DNA of 64,000 bases, taken from a virus. Its lineage: Duplodnaviria; Caudoviricetes. Numbering within the stretch: position 1 is the stretch's first letter; each line of letters begins with the position of its first letter. The position numbers and the translations under genes were made by a program. Where the stretch lies: positions 1-64,000 of IMG/VR virus record IMGVR_UViG_3300031998_000008, one strand, 5' to 3'. Under the pieces are notes generated by a model that did no database searches, was not told the DNA's origin, and was given only the letters and a program-made list of their open reading frames with translations. Positions 16,224-27,524 of the stretch are shown piece by piece.

Positions 16224-19200
16224 TTATTTTTCAATAAAATATGTTGAATTGTCATCAAGTATAACACCATCGGCAACAATAGTATCTGTAATAACATTTG
16301 GAGTTGTGCCAAATGAGTCTGATGCTGATGGAACATGTGAATTTGAACCACCAACAAACTCATATCCTAATATTGCTGTTGAAGGTATCATTTCATTCAA
16401 ATACTTAAATACAACGTCTCTCAAATAGTCTTCAAAGTATGTGTTACCATTCGTTTTAATTTCAATTATTAAATTCTTAACATTAACAATTGAGAATGCA
16501 GCAGCCTCTGTGTTATGTGTAGGACTTGATGTATTTTCAGAATTAATAAAATGTCCATACGGGCCATTTTTTGTATCACCGTCTAATGAATCTTGGGTAT
16601 TTGAGCCGCCAACAGCACTTTCTGAGCCCTGTATTTCTTCATCTGAATCATCTCCATCACTTTCTTCATTTGGTGCTTTAAATACTATTTCAGTTTCGTT
16701 ACCATTATTTTCATGTTCATAGAAATAATAGCACTTTTTGTTATCTTCAATTAAATCACCAATAGAAAATCCAGAAGAACAAATGGCATTATAATCAGTT
16801 GAATATTCTTTTTTCATGTATTCAAAAACGCCATCATCAACTTGTGTACCAAATAATCTATTCAGTTTTTCTATGTAACTATCACCGTTATCATATTTTC
16901 CATATCCGCAATGTGGATTATTTCCTTTAACATCAAGATTTAATGACTCAAGATACAAAACTTTTAATCCATCAAGTGTTGTAGGGTTTACGCCATTAAA
17001 TTCTGAATTTAATATATTTTTCCAGCCATAGCATGAGTATAAATCATTGTTAACAAACCCAACATGTGTTGATAAAGCAGGGTTATATAATATAAAATAA
17101 TGTGAATAATCTCTGTTACTTACACTAATATTTGTGTTTGTGCCTGGCTGTGTTGAACTTGACGCACCTCTTTCGTCTGACTGCTGAGTTTGTTGATTTT
17201 GTTCTTCTTGATGACTTGGTACTATTATAGAACTATTATAATCACTTTCAGCAGAATATGTCGTATAAACACTTGTTATATCAGTAACATAACAAATCAT
17301 ACCTTCATAAATTACGTTATTTGACAATGATGTTAATTCATCTATGTCATTTACATACATCATGTAAGGGGCTGTTTCACTCCATAAATCAAGACAAAAA
17401 TTTGAATATGTGTCATGTATTACAGTTGCACTTGTTATGTTTAAATTTATTTTTTTATCATGTATTCTACCCCAACCACCTTTTTCTTGGAAGTATATGT
17501 CATTAATATAATATGACATGTTATTAACCCAAGGTATCAAATAATAATCTTGTTCTGTCGGATTTTCCATTGCGGGTGAAACAACAGCAACAGGATAGCC
17601 ATCCATGAAATTACTGTTTTCATCTCCATAAAGATACTCACCAGTGAAACTTCTAAGTCTTGACATTTGGGCATATTTTGGAAAATTATGAGCAACCCTA
17701 ATGTATTCATGTATTTTATAGTCACCAACATTTGACAATGTTTCGCCTGATTCTTTATACGTATAACCAAACATCCCTAACATTGATTCAATACTACGTC
17801 TTGTACCCTTTTCAGAACTAATATATTCTTTACTGAGGGCCATTCTTCTCATAAATTCACCGTTTATTTCATTAACTGACATTGCAGAAACGCCGCTAAA
17901 ACAATCTTCTGAACTAATGTCTTGGTTTTGGTTTGTTTTTTGTAACTTATTAATTGATTTTGCTTCATATCCGCCAAGTTCAACAACATCAGATAAGAAA
18001 TAGTCTGGAAGATTATTAACTCCATCATAAGTTATTGAATTTATATACTTGATGCCATCAGCGTATCTTTTTATATCATCATACAACCTACCATGGACCC
18101 TTAACATTGCTTTCATCCTTGAAAAGTCAATATCCGACATATCAATCTCATCATCGCCTGATAATCTCCTAAATGTATAATCCAAATTCTTTATTGATTC
18201 ATGGGTTAACATTCTCCAAATATTATCTGAATCATATTCATCGTAATATTCAGCAATGTCTAATAATGAACTTAAATACCCGCCAAAAACGCCACTTGAT
18301 ACATCAGGAACATCATCTACTATTGTTGGCCATATGAATGTTTTGTATTCATAATAATGTTTACCTTCACTTATGTATGGTCTTTCTAAAACAGCCCTAT
18401 ATATAGGCTTACTATTTCTATTCAACAGAACTTTTTCAAAATCATCTATTGAAGCCCAAAACTTATCAAAAAATTCTTTTTTAGGCTTAATTATAACTCT
18501 TCCATTTTGTGTTGTTGCTGTAGTCAAAAGATGTTTTTCACCATTACCGTCAAGATATATTTCAAATCTTGTGCCATTTATAAGAATGTGGCCAATTATT
18601 GAATCCAAACAATCGCCTCTTAAATCAACAGCAAAAGTAACATCACCGCCATTTGCTGTTTCATAATTCATATAACTTGCGCCAAGAACTCTCAATGGGT
18701 TATCAATATTATCAATTGAACACCCAACAGGGGACCAAAAATCAATGTTAAATTCATTTGACACCATGTAATATTGCGTATTACCAATCTTAATTTTTGG
18801 TGCGATATTTAACGGATAATGATAAAGCCCTCCTGGGTATCTCATTACAATATCATTAACAGTTGCTTTAATAAGTTCTACAGCAGAACCATAATAAGCA
18901 AAATCTTTTATTGATTTGTAATTACCTTTTAGTTTAATTTCGCCATCGCTTGCTTTTTTTACCTCAGGTAAATTAGTAAGTGTCCAAACGTTACCGCTTG
19001 AATTTTCAACTTGTGTAAACCATCCCCTAGAATGCTTTCTTTTTCCGTTATTGCTTCCTCCTATTCTAAATTTAAAATTAGAATCTGAAAATAAAGCAAC
19101 TTCTTCATTGAAGATTCCATCATCTCTGATTATTGTAACGTGGTCGTTTTCATATATAGTACCATTGGGAACCGTCATATGCTTGGCTCTCAATGTATAT

Positions 19201-19238
19201 ATTGACTTACTTTTTATTAAATCATCTTTTCTTGACAT
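16224..19238 (-). CDS. Baseplate/tail structural protein
   Basis: KGTRRSIESMLGMFG resembles the P2 gpI-type baseplate wedge motif; gene context. Confidence 0.55.
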   Translation of the reverse strand: MSRKDDLIKSKSIYTLRAKHMTVPNGTIYENDHVTIIRDDGIFNEEVALFSDSNFKFRIGGSNNGKRKHSRGWFTQVENSSGNVWTLTNLPEVKKASDGEIKLKGNYKSIKDFAYYGSAVELIKATVNDIVMRYPGGLYHYPLNIAPKIKIGNTQYYMVSNEFNIDFWSPVGCSIDNIDNPLRVLGASYMNYETANGGDVTFAVDLRGDCLDSIIGHILINGTRFEIYLDGNGEKHLLTTATTQNGRVIIKPKKEFFDKFWASIDDFEKVLLNRNSKPIYRAVLERPYISEGKHYYEYKTFIWPTIVDDVPDVSSGVFGGYLSSLLDIAEYYDEYDSDNIWRMLTHESIKNLDYTFRRLSGDDEIDMSDIDFSRMKAMLRVHGRLYDDIKRYADGIKYINSITYDGVNNLPDYFLSDVVELGGYEAKSINKLQKTNQNQDISSEDCFSGVSAMSVNEINGEFMRRMALSKEYISSEKGTRRSIESMLGMFGYTYKESGETLSNVGDYKIHEYIRVAHNFPKYAQMSRLRSFTGEYLYGDENSNFMDGYPVAVVSPAMENPTEQDYYLIPWVNNMSYYINDIYFQEKGGWGRIHDKKINLNITSATVIHDTYSNFCLDLWSETAPYMMYVNDIDELTSLSNNVIYEGMICYVTDITSVYTTYSAESDYNSSIIVPSHQEEQNQQTQQSDERGASSSTQPGTNTNISVSNRDYSHYFILYNPALSTHVGFVNNDLYSCYGWKNILNSEFNGVNPTTLDGLKVLYLESLNLDVKGNNPHCGYGKYDNGDSYIEKLNRLFGTQVDDGVFEYMKKEYSTDYNAICSSGFSIGDLIEDNKKCYYFYEHENNGNETEIVFKAPNEESDGDDSDEEIQGSESAVGGSNTQDSLDGDTKNGPYGHFINSENTSSPTHNTEAAAFSIVNVKNLIIEIKTNGNTYFEDYLRDVVFKYLNEMIPSTAILGYEFVGGSNSHVPSASDSFGTTPNVITDTIVADGVILDDNSTYFIEK

Positions 19239-19239
19239 A

Positions 19240-20097
19240 TTACATTATATTTTCGTAATCTTGACCGTGGTCTATGTTATCTTTCTTTTTCTTAATATTA
19301 TATAATGGATTACCAAGTCTATCTTTAAGTACATAATACTCAGATTGATGGTATATTTCATGCTTCTCATTATAAGTTGTGATAAGTCCATTATCCCTAT
19401 CATTTGCTTGGTCTCCTTCGAGCATGTATGAAATAGTGTCAGCGTCATGGTCAACCATTTCAATTTCAATTAATTTAGGACTAAATTTTGTATTAACAAT
19501 CTTAACTTCAAGGCCAGGTTCACCAATATATGGATTTGCATTTGCCTTGAATGTTGGAGCAGAAGATGGACTTACAGTACAGAAAACAAGATTACTGCTA
19601 CTATCAGTTAAATTGTATCTTGTTGTTTTTGGGTATCCATCACCAGTGTTTACAATAACAGGCTCACACCTATTGCATGATTTAATAAGCCTTGAAACCC
19701 CATTCCCATAGTCAATTCTGTATCCGGTTAAGTCTGTCAGACCATTTAACTCGCCACTATTAATGTTAATAACAACGCCTTTTACGCTTGGATAAGCAGC
19801 AAGAACACTAACATCAACTATAGTTGCAGAACATTCTTTAGGCTTAATATAGACACTATAGATTCCCTTTTTGTTAAAATATTTCAAAGGCAATTTTAAA
19901 TTATAAAGACCAACTATACTTGTCTCATCATCATCCCTAACACTATGAGATAAACATTCACTTGGGTCCAAATCTTTATACCCAAGAAAATTGTCATCAC
20001 TCTCACCTCTTGATGGCTTGTATTGATAGCATATTGCAACATCAATTTCCGGATTTATATTAGCAGGTCTTATTGACCCAAAAACTCCTGTACTCAT
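19240..20097 (-). CDS. Structural hypothetical protein
   Basis: 285-aa beta-rich ORF in tail operon. Confidence 0.6.
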   Translation of the reverse strand: MSTGVFGSIRPANINPEIDVAICYQYKPSRGESDDNFLGYKDLDPSECLSHSVRDDDETSIVGLYNLKLPLKYFNKKGIYSVYIKPKECSATIVDVSVLAAYPSVKGVVININSGELNGLTDLTGYRIDYGNGVSRLIKSCNRCEPVIVNTGDGYPKTTRYNLTDSSSNLVFCTVSPSSAPTFKANANPYIGEPGLEVKIVNTKFSPKLIEIEMVDHDADTISYMLEGDQANDRDNGLITTYNEKHEIYHQSEYYVLKDRLGNPLYNIKKKKDNIDHGQDYENIM

Positions 20098-20102
20098 TTA
20101 TA

Positions 20103-22676
20103 TTATAAATTAAAATAATTATTCCCATAATTTTGTAAATCTTCAAATGTATTGCATTCAGACAACTTGAAATGACTTTCCCATGCGGCAGCATTACCTC
20201 TGTTAAATGTAATATCAACATCAATCTTAGGATATTCAATCAAATTGTCATAACTGTCATCAGTATATAAATAGGCTCTTAATGAACTTTCAGGTGTCCA
20301 TTGCGTTCCAATTTCCATACCTGTTATTTTTGATTGAACATAATTTCTGCTTGCATTAAAGTCTTCACTATAAGCACTTTCCTCATCAGAAGATATTTTT
20401 TCATATAGAACTTGTGCTTTATAATATCCATCAATAACAACATCAGCAAACACATTTCCGTAATAATGGTATGTATCAACATAATGTATTCCACTTGTTT
20501 CTATTGGTTCACCTTCAGTTGCACCGATAACATACTCAATAACCTTAGTGTTATCATCAACTATAGTTACGTTTGTTATTTTATCATATTTGACAGTTCC
20601 TGAAAATTCACCATCATATGATTCGATATTTCTTTTTTCAAGCGTCATCGGAAACTTTAACGGTTTCGGATGTGTTTTTGAATTTATTGAATTATTATTT
20701 ATACCAGTATATCCATTATCATATTTTATCATATAATAATATTCCTTACCTGTTGAATTATCCTCAACGGCATCTGGTACGCATGATAAAAGAAGTAAGT
20801 TTCTGTATTTCCCATTGGTTGAAAAATCGCCATCTTCACCATCACCGCACTCAATTCCTTGTGCATTAGTAGTATAGCATTCGCACCACCTATAAAATTT
20901 AGATATTGACTTATTATAATTTGTTATCGCTGAAACAGTTTTTAATGTACCATCTAAAGAATATGTTGTACTACTAAAACTATTTGTTTCGGTAATAGTT
21001 GTACTTGAGCCAATTTCTTTTATTCCAACAACCTGATATGCGCCATTTGCATTTGGTAACAATTCATGCTGTTGAATGCTGTTCTCGGACTCGTTAATGT
21101 TTATTGTCTTAACGAGATTCCATTCATCATTACCAACTTTTGAGTAGAAATTAACGCTTCCACTACTGCAATTTATTATTTCATCAACAGAAGAATTTCC
21201 TTGATAAAACTTACATTTGAATAATTTTCCACCATTTGGGAACTCTTCAAAAACCCCATAAATATCATCAGAAATATAATAAAATCCACGTGAATATAAA
21301 GTTGTTAATTTAGATTCAACCGTAATGCCTGAGTCAGTGAAATCAACAAATGTTGGAGTTAACGCTGATTCTATTCTATTATTTTTGCCATTTTCATATT
21401 CAATTGTTGCATCAACAAGTTCACCGTCAACACCAACTGAATATTCATATGGAACATAACTATATTCATTATAAAATTCATCAATGAACGCTAAATCAAT
21501 ATCTATATTTGGAACCGCAAAATCAAAATATACAAATGTTTGATTTTCAGGTATCGTTGGCAATTCTATAAACTTTGGCGTAATGTTTTCTAAAAATGTT
21601 TTGAAATTATCGCCACCACGCTTTTCCCACTCACGTTGTAAATCATCATTTGAATCAAGGTATTCTGAATTGTTATTGAACCATGTTAAATAGTTCATAT
21701 AATTCAAATAAAAAACGGCATTTGGGACTTTACTACCATTTATAAGTTCACCATTATATTTTTCAGGAATTAACACTTTTCCTAAAATATATTTTTCAAA
21801 ATCATATATAAACTTTAAAGACAATGGTTCTTCGTAATTTGGGTCTAAAACATATTTTTCCCATCTTTGTGACGGTGAATAATTTGTGCATTCAGGCCAA
21901 TTTTCTTCCCACCATGAATTCCAATATTTCTCATAGTTTAAATAATCAGGATATTTGTTAATTGCAAAAATCCTATCATTGTCACCCAATGTAAACAGAA
22001 CGCCATTATAAGATGAAACATCATCAATATTACCACTTCCAATAACAAAATAATTCATTTTTTCAACGAAATTTTTGTCATCGTCAGATAAATCTTCAAA
22101 ATCAACAAGACTGTTTTCTGTTATTGTCTTGTACCTAATTGTATTACTTTTTTCATATTCATATATACCATTACCAAATTCAGATAACAATGAAAAATCA
22201 ACAAGAATACATTCATACATTAATTTATCGTTTGTTGTATCAACTTGCCACAATGAAGATTCTACTATTGTAGATTCTGTTGTTGATGAACTTGATATTC
22301 CACAATTATTCATTTGGTCACTTGGTGATGAACAATTTACATGAGTTACATTTTCATAGTCATAAGGAATTCTTTTTAGTATTTTACCTTCTTTTACGAA
22401 CTCATTAACATCATTATACCATCTTAAAACATCAAGATACTTTAATCTTGAAATTTCGGTGTTTTTTCTCGTGTTTAAGCCAGTTTCTGTATCCATATAA
22501 TATTCTGAGCGGTTTAATACAAAATCGCACGGAAATGACCCATAATTGCTTTCTGATGATATTGTTGTTACATGTTTTATTTCAACATCATCCGTATCCT
22601 TAGAAATATATGGAGTAATACCGTTTCTATGGCTGATTAATTTATCAAAGCATATTTTTTTTCTTATGGTTTCCAT
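20103..22676 (-). CDS. Large structural hypothetical protein
   Basis: 857 aa, N/Y/D-rich, tightly packed operon. Confidence 0.6.
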   Translation of the reverse strand: METIRKKICFDKLISHRNGITPYISKDTDDVEIKHVTTISSESNYGSFPCDFVLNRSEYYMDTETGLNTRKNTEISRLKYLDVLRWYNDVNEFVKEGKILKRIPYDYENVTHVNCSSPSDQMNNCGISSSSTTESTIVESSLWQVDTTNDKLMYECILVDFSLLSEFGNGIYEYEKSNTIRYKTITENSLVDFEDLSDDDKNFVEKMNYFVIGSGNIDDVSSYNGVLFTLGDNDRIFAINKYPDYLNYEKYWNSWWEENWPECTNYSPSQRWEKYVLDPNYEEPLSLKFIYDFEKYILGKVLIPEKYNGELINGSKVPNAVFYLNYMNYLTWFNNNSEYLDSNDDLQREWEKRGGDNFKTFLENITPKFIELPTIPENQTFVYFDFAVPNIDIDLAFIDEFYNEYSYVPYEYSVGVDGELVDATIEYENGKNNRIESALTPTFVDFTDSGITVESKLTTLYSRGFYYISDDIYGVFEEFPNGGKLFKCKFYQGNSSVDEIINCSSGSVNFYSKVGNDEWNLVKTININESENSIQQHELLPNANGAYQVVGIKEIGSSTTITETNSFSSTTYSLDGTLKTVSAITNYNKSISKFYRWCECYTTNAQGIECGDGEDGDFSTNGKYRNLLLLSCVPDAVEDNSTGKEYYYMIKYDNGYTGINNNSINSKTHPKPLKFPMTLEKRNIESYDGEFSGTVKYDKITNVTIVDDNTKVIEYVIGATEGEPIETSGIHYVDTYHYYGNVFADVVIDGYYKAQVLYEKISSDEESAYSEDFNASRNYVQSKITGMEIGTQWTPESSLRAYLYTDDSYDNLIEYPKIDVDITFNRGNAAAWESHFKLSECNTFEDLQNYGNNYFNL

Positions 22677-22681
22677 TTGAA

Positions 22682-24574
22682 TTATCCTTCTAACTCTAAT
22701 TTAGGCTCAAACAAACACAACTTCAAATCACCGCTACCATCATACTCAGCGCCATCTATTGTGTAAATGTATTTTTCGTTGTATTTTTTTATTTTTATTG
22801 GTATAAAAAGATTTTCTATAAAGTTTTCAACTGTAAGAGGCTCATTTGGCATGATAATCATTGGAAATGTTTTACCATTACCCGCATGGTTAAATTCAAC
22901 TTTCATATAAATAGTTTTTTCAGTATTTCCCTCAGGTATATCATCGGAAAATAAATAAATATTGAACCCCTCTGAACATCTTTCTTTGTCATATTCATTT
23001 GTTATTGTAAGCGTAGTATCAAGCCTACATCCAACGTCATTGTTTTCACAAAAAACAACCTTTACATTGTCATTTCCTTCAGCGACTTCATTTATTATAA
23101 CTTCATCGCCATCAAGATTATCTTCCATGAATGCACGTTGCTTTAAAAATTTACAGAATAATGCCGTACTGTCAAGGAATACAGTTGAATAATACAACAA
23201 CTTTTGTTCTATTGGGTCATTTGAATTATAAAATGAAAATCTGAAAAATGATTTACTGACTTTACTCTTCCTATAGAAAATATCGTTGTCTGTGAAATTA
23301 AGGAATCCAATTAAATCAGATATTGTCCTGCAACTACTATTCGTAAAGGCACTAACAGGACCGCCAGTAAACCCATTCCAATAAACGTCATAGTTGTTAT
23401 CCGTATCAATATACCACCCATCATAGTATAAATTACCTGACGTTGCAAGTGTATTTGTATTATTGTCAGGGTCAACATAAACCCTTTTCCTGAAATGGTT
23501 ATATATTGTGATTGAAGTTATTGGAATATATCTGTCATTATTTTCTTTTTCATATGGAGAATATTTAACACGCTCCATATCAATAAATTCAGGAATTAAT
23601 GATTCTTCAATTTTTTTAGCAAACGTATCACTAAAATAATCTTCAACTCCTAAATTAGATTCGTTTGCATCATATGATAAGCCAAGACTAACAGAATAAT
23701 ATGACCTGTCAATGTAAAATTTATTTATGTTTACACCATCATCAACATATTTTACAGTAGTTGTGTTATGGAATGAATCAAACCATTTATCACCATAAAA
23801 ATGTATATGCTTTATCGGATTACCATGCGAATCAAGTTCTATTGGTTCACCTTTAGGGCCCTTTTCTATCGTGTAATAGTAAAATGGATTATACTTAAAT
23901 TCTATGTATGCCGCTTCTTTGCATTCAATCTCATTAAAATCTGTTAATATGAAGTCATTTGTGCTTTCACTGTCAGGAAAAAAGTTATAATGCCTTGTTT
24001 CAACATAATCATATCCCTTTCCACAAGTATCATCTTTTTCAATATCACCAATACAATCGCTTTTGACAAATTCAGATGTTAAAGATGAATTATTGGATGG
24101 TATTCCCATATCAACCCTATACTTGTTTAATGGATATATTCCAGTGTATGTGGCCAATAAATTTCCATTTATATCCTTAAAGTAAACTTCTTGGTCTGAT
24201 GCCGCATCTAAATCTTGTCCAAACAAATAATGTCTTGTCTTACATGATATTATGTAATATGAATTGTTTTCATTATATTTTAAATTGAAAAATTGGCCTG
24301 TTAAGTTTATTCTAACAACGCCAGGCAATGTTGCGTGTATTATGTGATTTGAATCTTCGTATTTAACAACAGAAAAATCGGTAAATGTAGTGTTTCCGTT
24401 ATTAACACACATTACGGACCTATTAAAATATATATAATCTCCCTCTTCGATAAAATAACAAGTTTTATCGTTTAATTTGATTACAAGTTCACCGTCTTTT
24501 TCAATAACGTATTCATAATCTAAATCATCAAACCCATAAACAGGTGTCCTGCGGTTTATTTTAACAGTTTCCAT
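22682..24574 (-). CDS. Structural hypothetical protein
   Basis: 630 aa in tail operon. Confidence 0.6.
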   Translation of the reverse strand: METVKINRRTPVYGFDDLDYEYVIEKDGELVIKLNDKTCYFIEEGDYIYFNRSVMCVNNGNTTFTDFSVVKYEDSNHIIHATLPGVVRINLTGQFFNLKYNENNSYYIISCKTRHYLFGQDLDAASDQEVYFKDINGNLLATYTGIYPLNKYRVDMGIPSNNSSLTSEFVKSDCIGDIEKDDTCGKGYDYVETRHYNFFPDSESTNDFILTDFNEIECKEAAYIEFKYNPFYYYTIEKGPKGEPIELDSHGNPIKHIHFYGDKWFDSFHNTTTVKYVDDGVNINKFYIDRSYYSVSLGLSYDANESNLGVEDYFSDTFAKKIEESLIPEFIDMERVKYSPYEKENNDRYIPITSITIYNHFRKRVYVDPDNNTNTLATSGNLYYDGWYIDTDNNYDVYWNGFTGGPVSAFTNSSCRTISDLIGFLNFTDNDIFYRKSKVSKSFFRFSFYNSNDPIEQKLLYYSTVFLDSTALFCKFLKQRAFMEDNLDGDEVIINEVAEGNDNVKVVFCENNDVGCRLDTTLTITNEYDKERCSEGFNIYLFSDDIPEGNTEKTIYMKVEFNHAGNGKTFPMIIMPNEPLTVENFIENLFIPIKIKKYNEKYIYTIDGAEYDGSGDLKLCLFEPKLELEG

Positions 24575-24575
24575 A

Positions 24576-27503
24576 TTAGTAACAAGTGTTTAAATCATTA
24601 TCAAATACAAAATCATTAATACTCAAATCAACCTTATCAGAACCATAGATGACATATCTTGTCATTGGATTTGAAACAAATTGCTGAGTTTCCTTGAACA
24701 AAGGATAACTAAGGCCATAGTCACCATATGGGTCCTGTCTTCTCAAAAAGAAATTAATGTTTTTCTGTACATAAATACAACCATTTGAGAAAGGTAATTT
24801 AGTTAAATCGTTATTATTATCCAATTCAGAAGTCTTTAATATCGGCCTCCATGAAAATTCTTTTGTGCTAAGGCATAATTTAGCATAAACAGGAACACTG
24901 TCTTTTGTCCAAAACATGAAAAATCTTCTTTCAGCATTATCAGGACCAAAATATTCAACATGATTCAAAATATCCATGCCATCAAAGCAATCATCATTGA
25001 AATATATCGTCAAATACATGTCTTTAAATGATTTTATAACACCCCAATAAACATCTTGTGTTAGTTTATCATACATTGCAACATAATCGCCACTAATAAA
25101 GCCATAATCAGCAGGAACTTTAACTTTCAAAACACAACCCTCAACGCCTTCAACAAAGTGTACTGAATATGTATCTCCACTTGTTGGTGGCGCTGTTGCC
25201 TTAGCACCGCCATTGCTATCCCCACCTTCATCACCAGTATCAGGTTCATAATAATCATATATATATTTCTTGCCAATGAGTGTATCAACTCCATTTACAC
25301 TTTTGTAAATGTATATTACATTTTGACCAGTTAACTTATATTCACTGTAGTTTATGTAATCAGCCAATGAATGATTTACTTCTCCGTAGTCTTTTAATTT
25401 AATTTTTGAATGCGGATTGTAATAATATCCTTCAGGGTGAATATTAGCATACATCAAATAATCACAAGTTGCTGATGTAATATCAACATCATGTAATCCA
25501 TTTATTGTGTCATTGCAATAATACGTTCTAACATCGAAATGTCTTCCAAGGTTAACATCATCATAATCATCATAAGAAACAATATCTTGGTACATATCCC
25601 TAAATTTTAAATCAAATTTTTCACGTTGAGCCGTATTAAACCTATGGAATATATTACCAATTACGTTTGTTTGATATTCATAATTGTCAAATTCAACAAT
25701 GTCGCCATAAAATTCATCATTGTCAATTGTAATACCACTTTCAATAAACTTAGGCATCCCCCTCAAAATGGTTTCTCCCCAAGCAGAAAATGTATTACTA
25801 GCCTGAATGTTGTTTTCACAAACGCCACTATCCATGTTATGTAAATAATGTATGTTATAATCGAAAGGCTCTTCATTTATATCAACACCACTAAAATCTA
25901 TTCCACTTGTCAATTCACCAAAACAATGTGAAAATTCAACAGTTTCTCCTGTTAGAACTTTATCATCATACCATTCTGTATTTCCAGCATTTCTTTTTAT
26001 TGCAGTGAAATAAACTTCAGAAATCTCTCTTCCATTTTCATCTATTATTCCACATAAATCAACATTGTCTGTGAAAATTATTTGGGTTATATCATCACCA
26101 TATATGTTTTTAGCAAATGCAGCCTTATTAGCATCGTTTATTAAAGATTCACCATTTATATTCTTTAATTTTTTGAATTTTCTTGCATAATAAGATGCTT
26201 CACAACCATTTGTTGACTTTTTATAATAACACCCGAAAGCAGCAAAAAACTTATATATTGACTTTATATCATCATATTTAACTGAAAATATTCTATCTTT
26301 GTTCTTGCCATTTAAGTCACCTGTAGAATATACCCTAACTTCTTTTTGGTACAATTGAAATTCAAGGTCATCATCTGTGTATTCAGGTATTTCATTTTCG
26401 TTTGTTGGATGTATAACATATTCAGGATTATCAAAATCAGGCAAAGTACCATCTTTGAACATATAATAGTAAAAATTAACATATGACCCATTTGTAAAAC
26501 TATGTCTAAACAATGAACTACATTGAAGCAATTTAACGCCGCTTGCATTTGTTACATTCTTTATTTTTGCTTGTATTTCACCGTTTTTACCGCCACATAT
26601 TGTGTTTATCAAGTCAAAATCCTTTCCGTAAGGATATGTTATGCAATAATCCCAATTATTTTCCAATCTACGCCTATACTTGTTGTATTTTGGTATGAAT
26701 GAGAAAAGACTTCTATCAGGATAAAAATCAATGAATTCACATGGCTTGTTATTTGCAAGCATTTCGTTTATTGTTACATCAGTGTTGTCTGAATTTGGTA
26801 TATCTATTGTTCCTGGGTTTGTAAAGCCCCACCACCCATCAGATTCTTTACATTTAGAATAGAATGCATTTTTTATATTGTCCAAAGAATCAGTACCATA
26901 TATATGCATTTCATGTGTTGCTCCAGAACCATTAGTATAGTTTATTCCAAGATTTTCCTTTATGACATTGCCATTATTATCTCTTAAATAATCACCGATT
27001 GTGTTATAAACTTTATATTCCTCTGAACCTTCTTTATAATTTGTTTTGTTTATGTGTACAAATATTTTCTTTCTAAGCATGTGATTATTGAATATATCAA
27101 CACCACAATGATAAACAAATTTACCATTTTCAGGATGTGAATATTCAGTATCCCTTATTGCATGCCTGTATGTTATAGGATTATAGGTATTAATAGCACT
27201 TGGAGCGTATTGACTTTTTTCCAAACTTGTAAAATTTAAGCAAACAGCAGAATCAGACCCCTCATTAACAACGATTTCTGAAATTGAGTTGAAAAGAACG
27301 TTTGAACATACAGGATTAACATCTAAAATAACCCTATATGTACAACATTCATCTCTTTCCTTGACATATTGCTCGTAAATTGAAAAATCATCAACAAGAC
27401 TTTCATCAGGTAAAAGTCTGTTTTTTGCTTCCAATTCAATGTCAAAATAATTTTCAACATTATTTGACAATACACTTCTATTTTCTTCTAAAAATATTTT
27501 CAT
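24576..27503 (-). CDS. Large structural hypothetical protein
   Basis: 975 aa in tail operon. Confidence 0.6.
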   Translation of the reverse strand: MKIFLEENRSVLSNNVENYFDIELEAKNRLLPDESLVDDFSIYEQYVKERDECCTYRVILDVNPVCSNVLFNSISEIVVNEGSDSAVCLNFTSLEKSQYAPSAINTYNPITYRHAIRDTEYSHPENGKFVYHCGVDIFNNHMLRKKIFVHINKTNYKEGSEEYKVYNTIGDYLRDNNGNVIKENLGINYTNGSGATHEMHIYGTDSLDNIKNAFYSKCKESDGWWGFTNPGTIDIPNSDNTDVTINEMLANNKPCEFIDFYPDRSLFSFIPKYNKYRRRLENNWDYCITYPYGKDFDLINTICGGKNGEIQAKIKNVTNASGVKLLQCSSLFRHSFTNGSYVNFYYYMFKDGTLPDFDNPEYVIHPTNENEIPEYTDDDLEFQLYQKEVRVYSTGDLNGKNKDRIFSVKYDDIKSIYKFFAAFGCYYKKSTNGCEASYYARKFKKLKNINGESLINDANKAAFAKNIYGDDITQIIFTDNVDLCGIIDENGREISEVYFTAIKRNAGNTEWYDDKVLTGETVEFSHCFGELTSGIDFSGVDINEEPFDYNIHYLHNMDSGVCENNIQASNTFSAWGETILRGMPKFIESGITIDNDEFYGDIVEFDNYEYQTNVIGNIFHRFNTAQREKFDLKFRDMYQDIVSYDDYDDVNLGRHFDVRTYYCNDTINGLHDVDITSATCDYLMYANIHPEGYYYNPHSKIKLKDYGEVNHSLADYINYSEYKLTGQNVIYIYKSVNGVDTLIGKKYIYDYYEPDTGDEGGDSNGGAKATAPPTSGDTYSVHFVEGVEGCVLKVKVPADYGFISGDYVAMYDKLTQDVYWGVIKSFKDMYLTIYFNDDCFDGMDILNHVEYFGPDNAERRFFMFWTKDSVPVYAKLCLSTKEFSWRPILKTSELDNNNDLTKLPFSNGCIYVQKNINFFLRRQDPYGDYGLSYPLFKETQQFVSNPMTRYVIYGSDKVDLSINDFVFDNDLNTCY

Positions 27504-27524
27504 ATAAAAAGCGCATCTTAATTA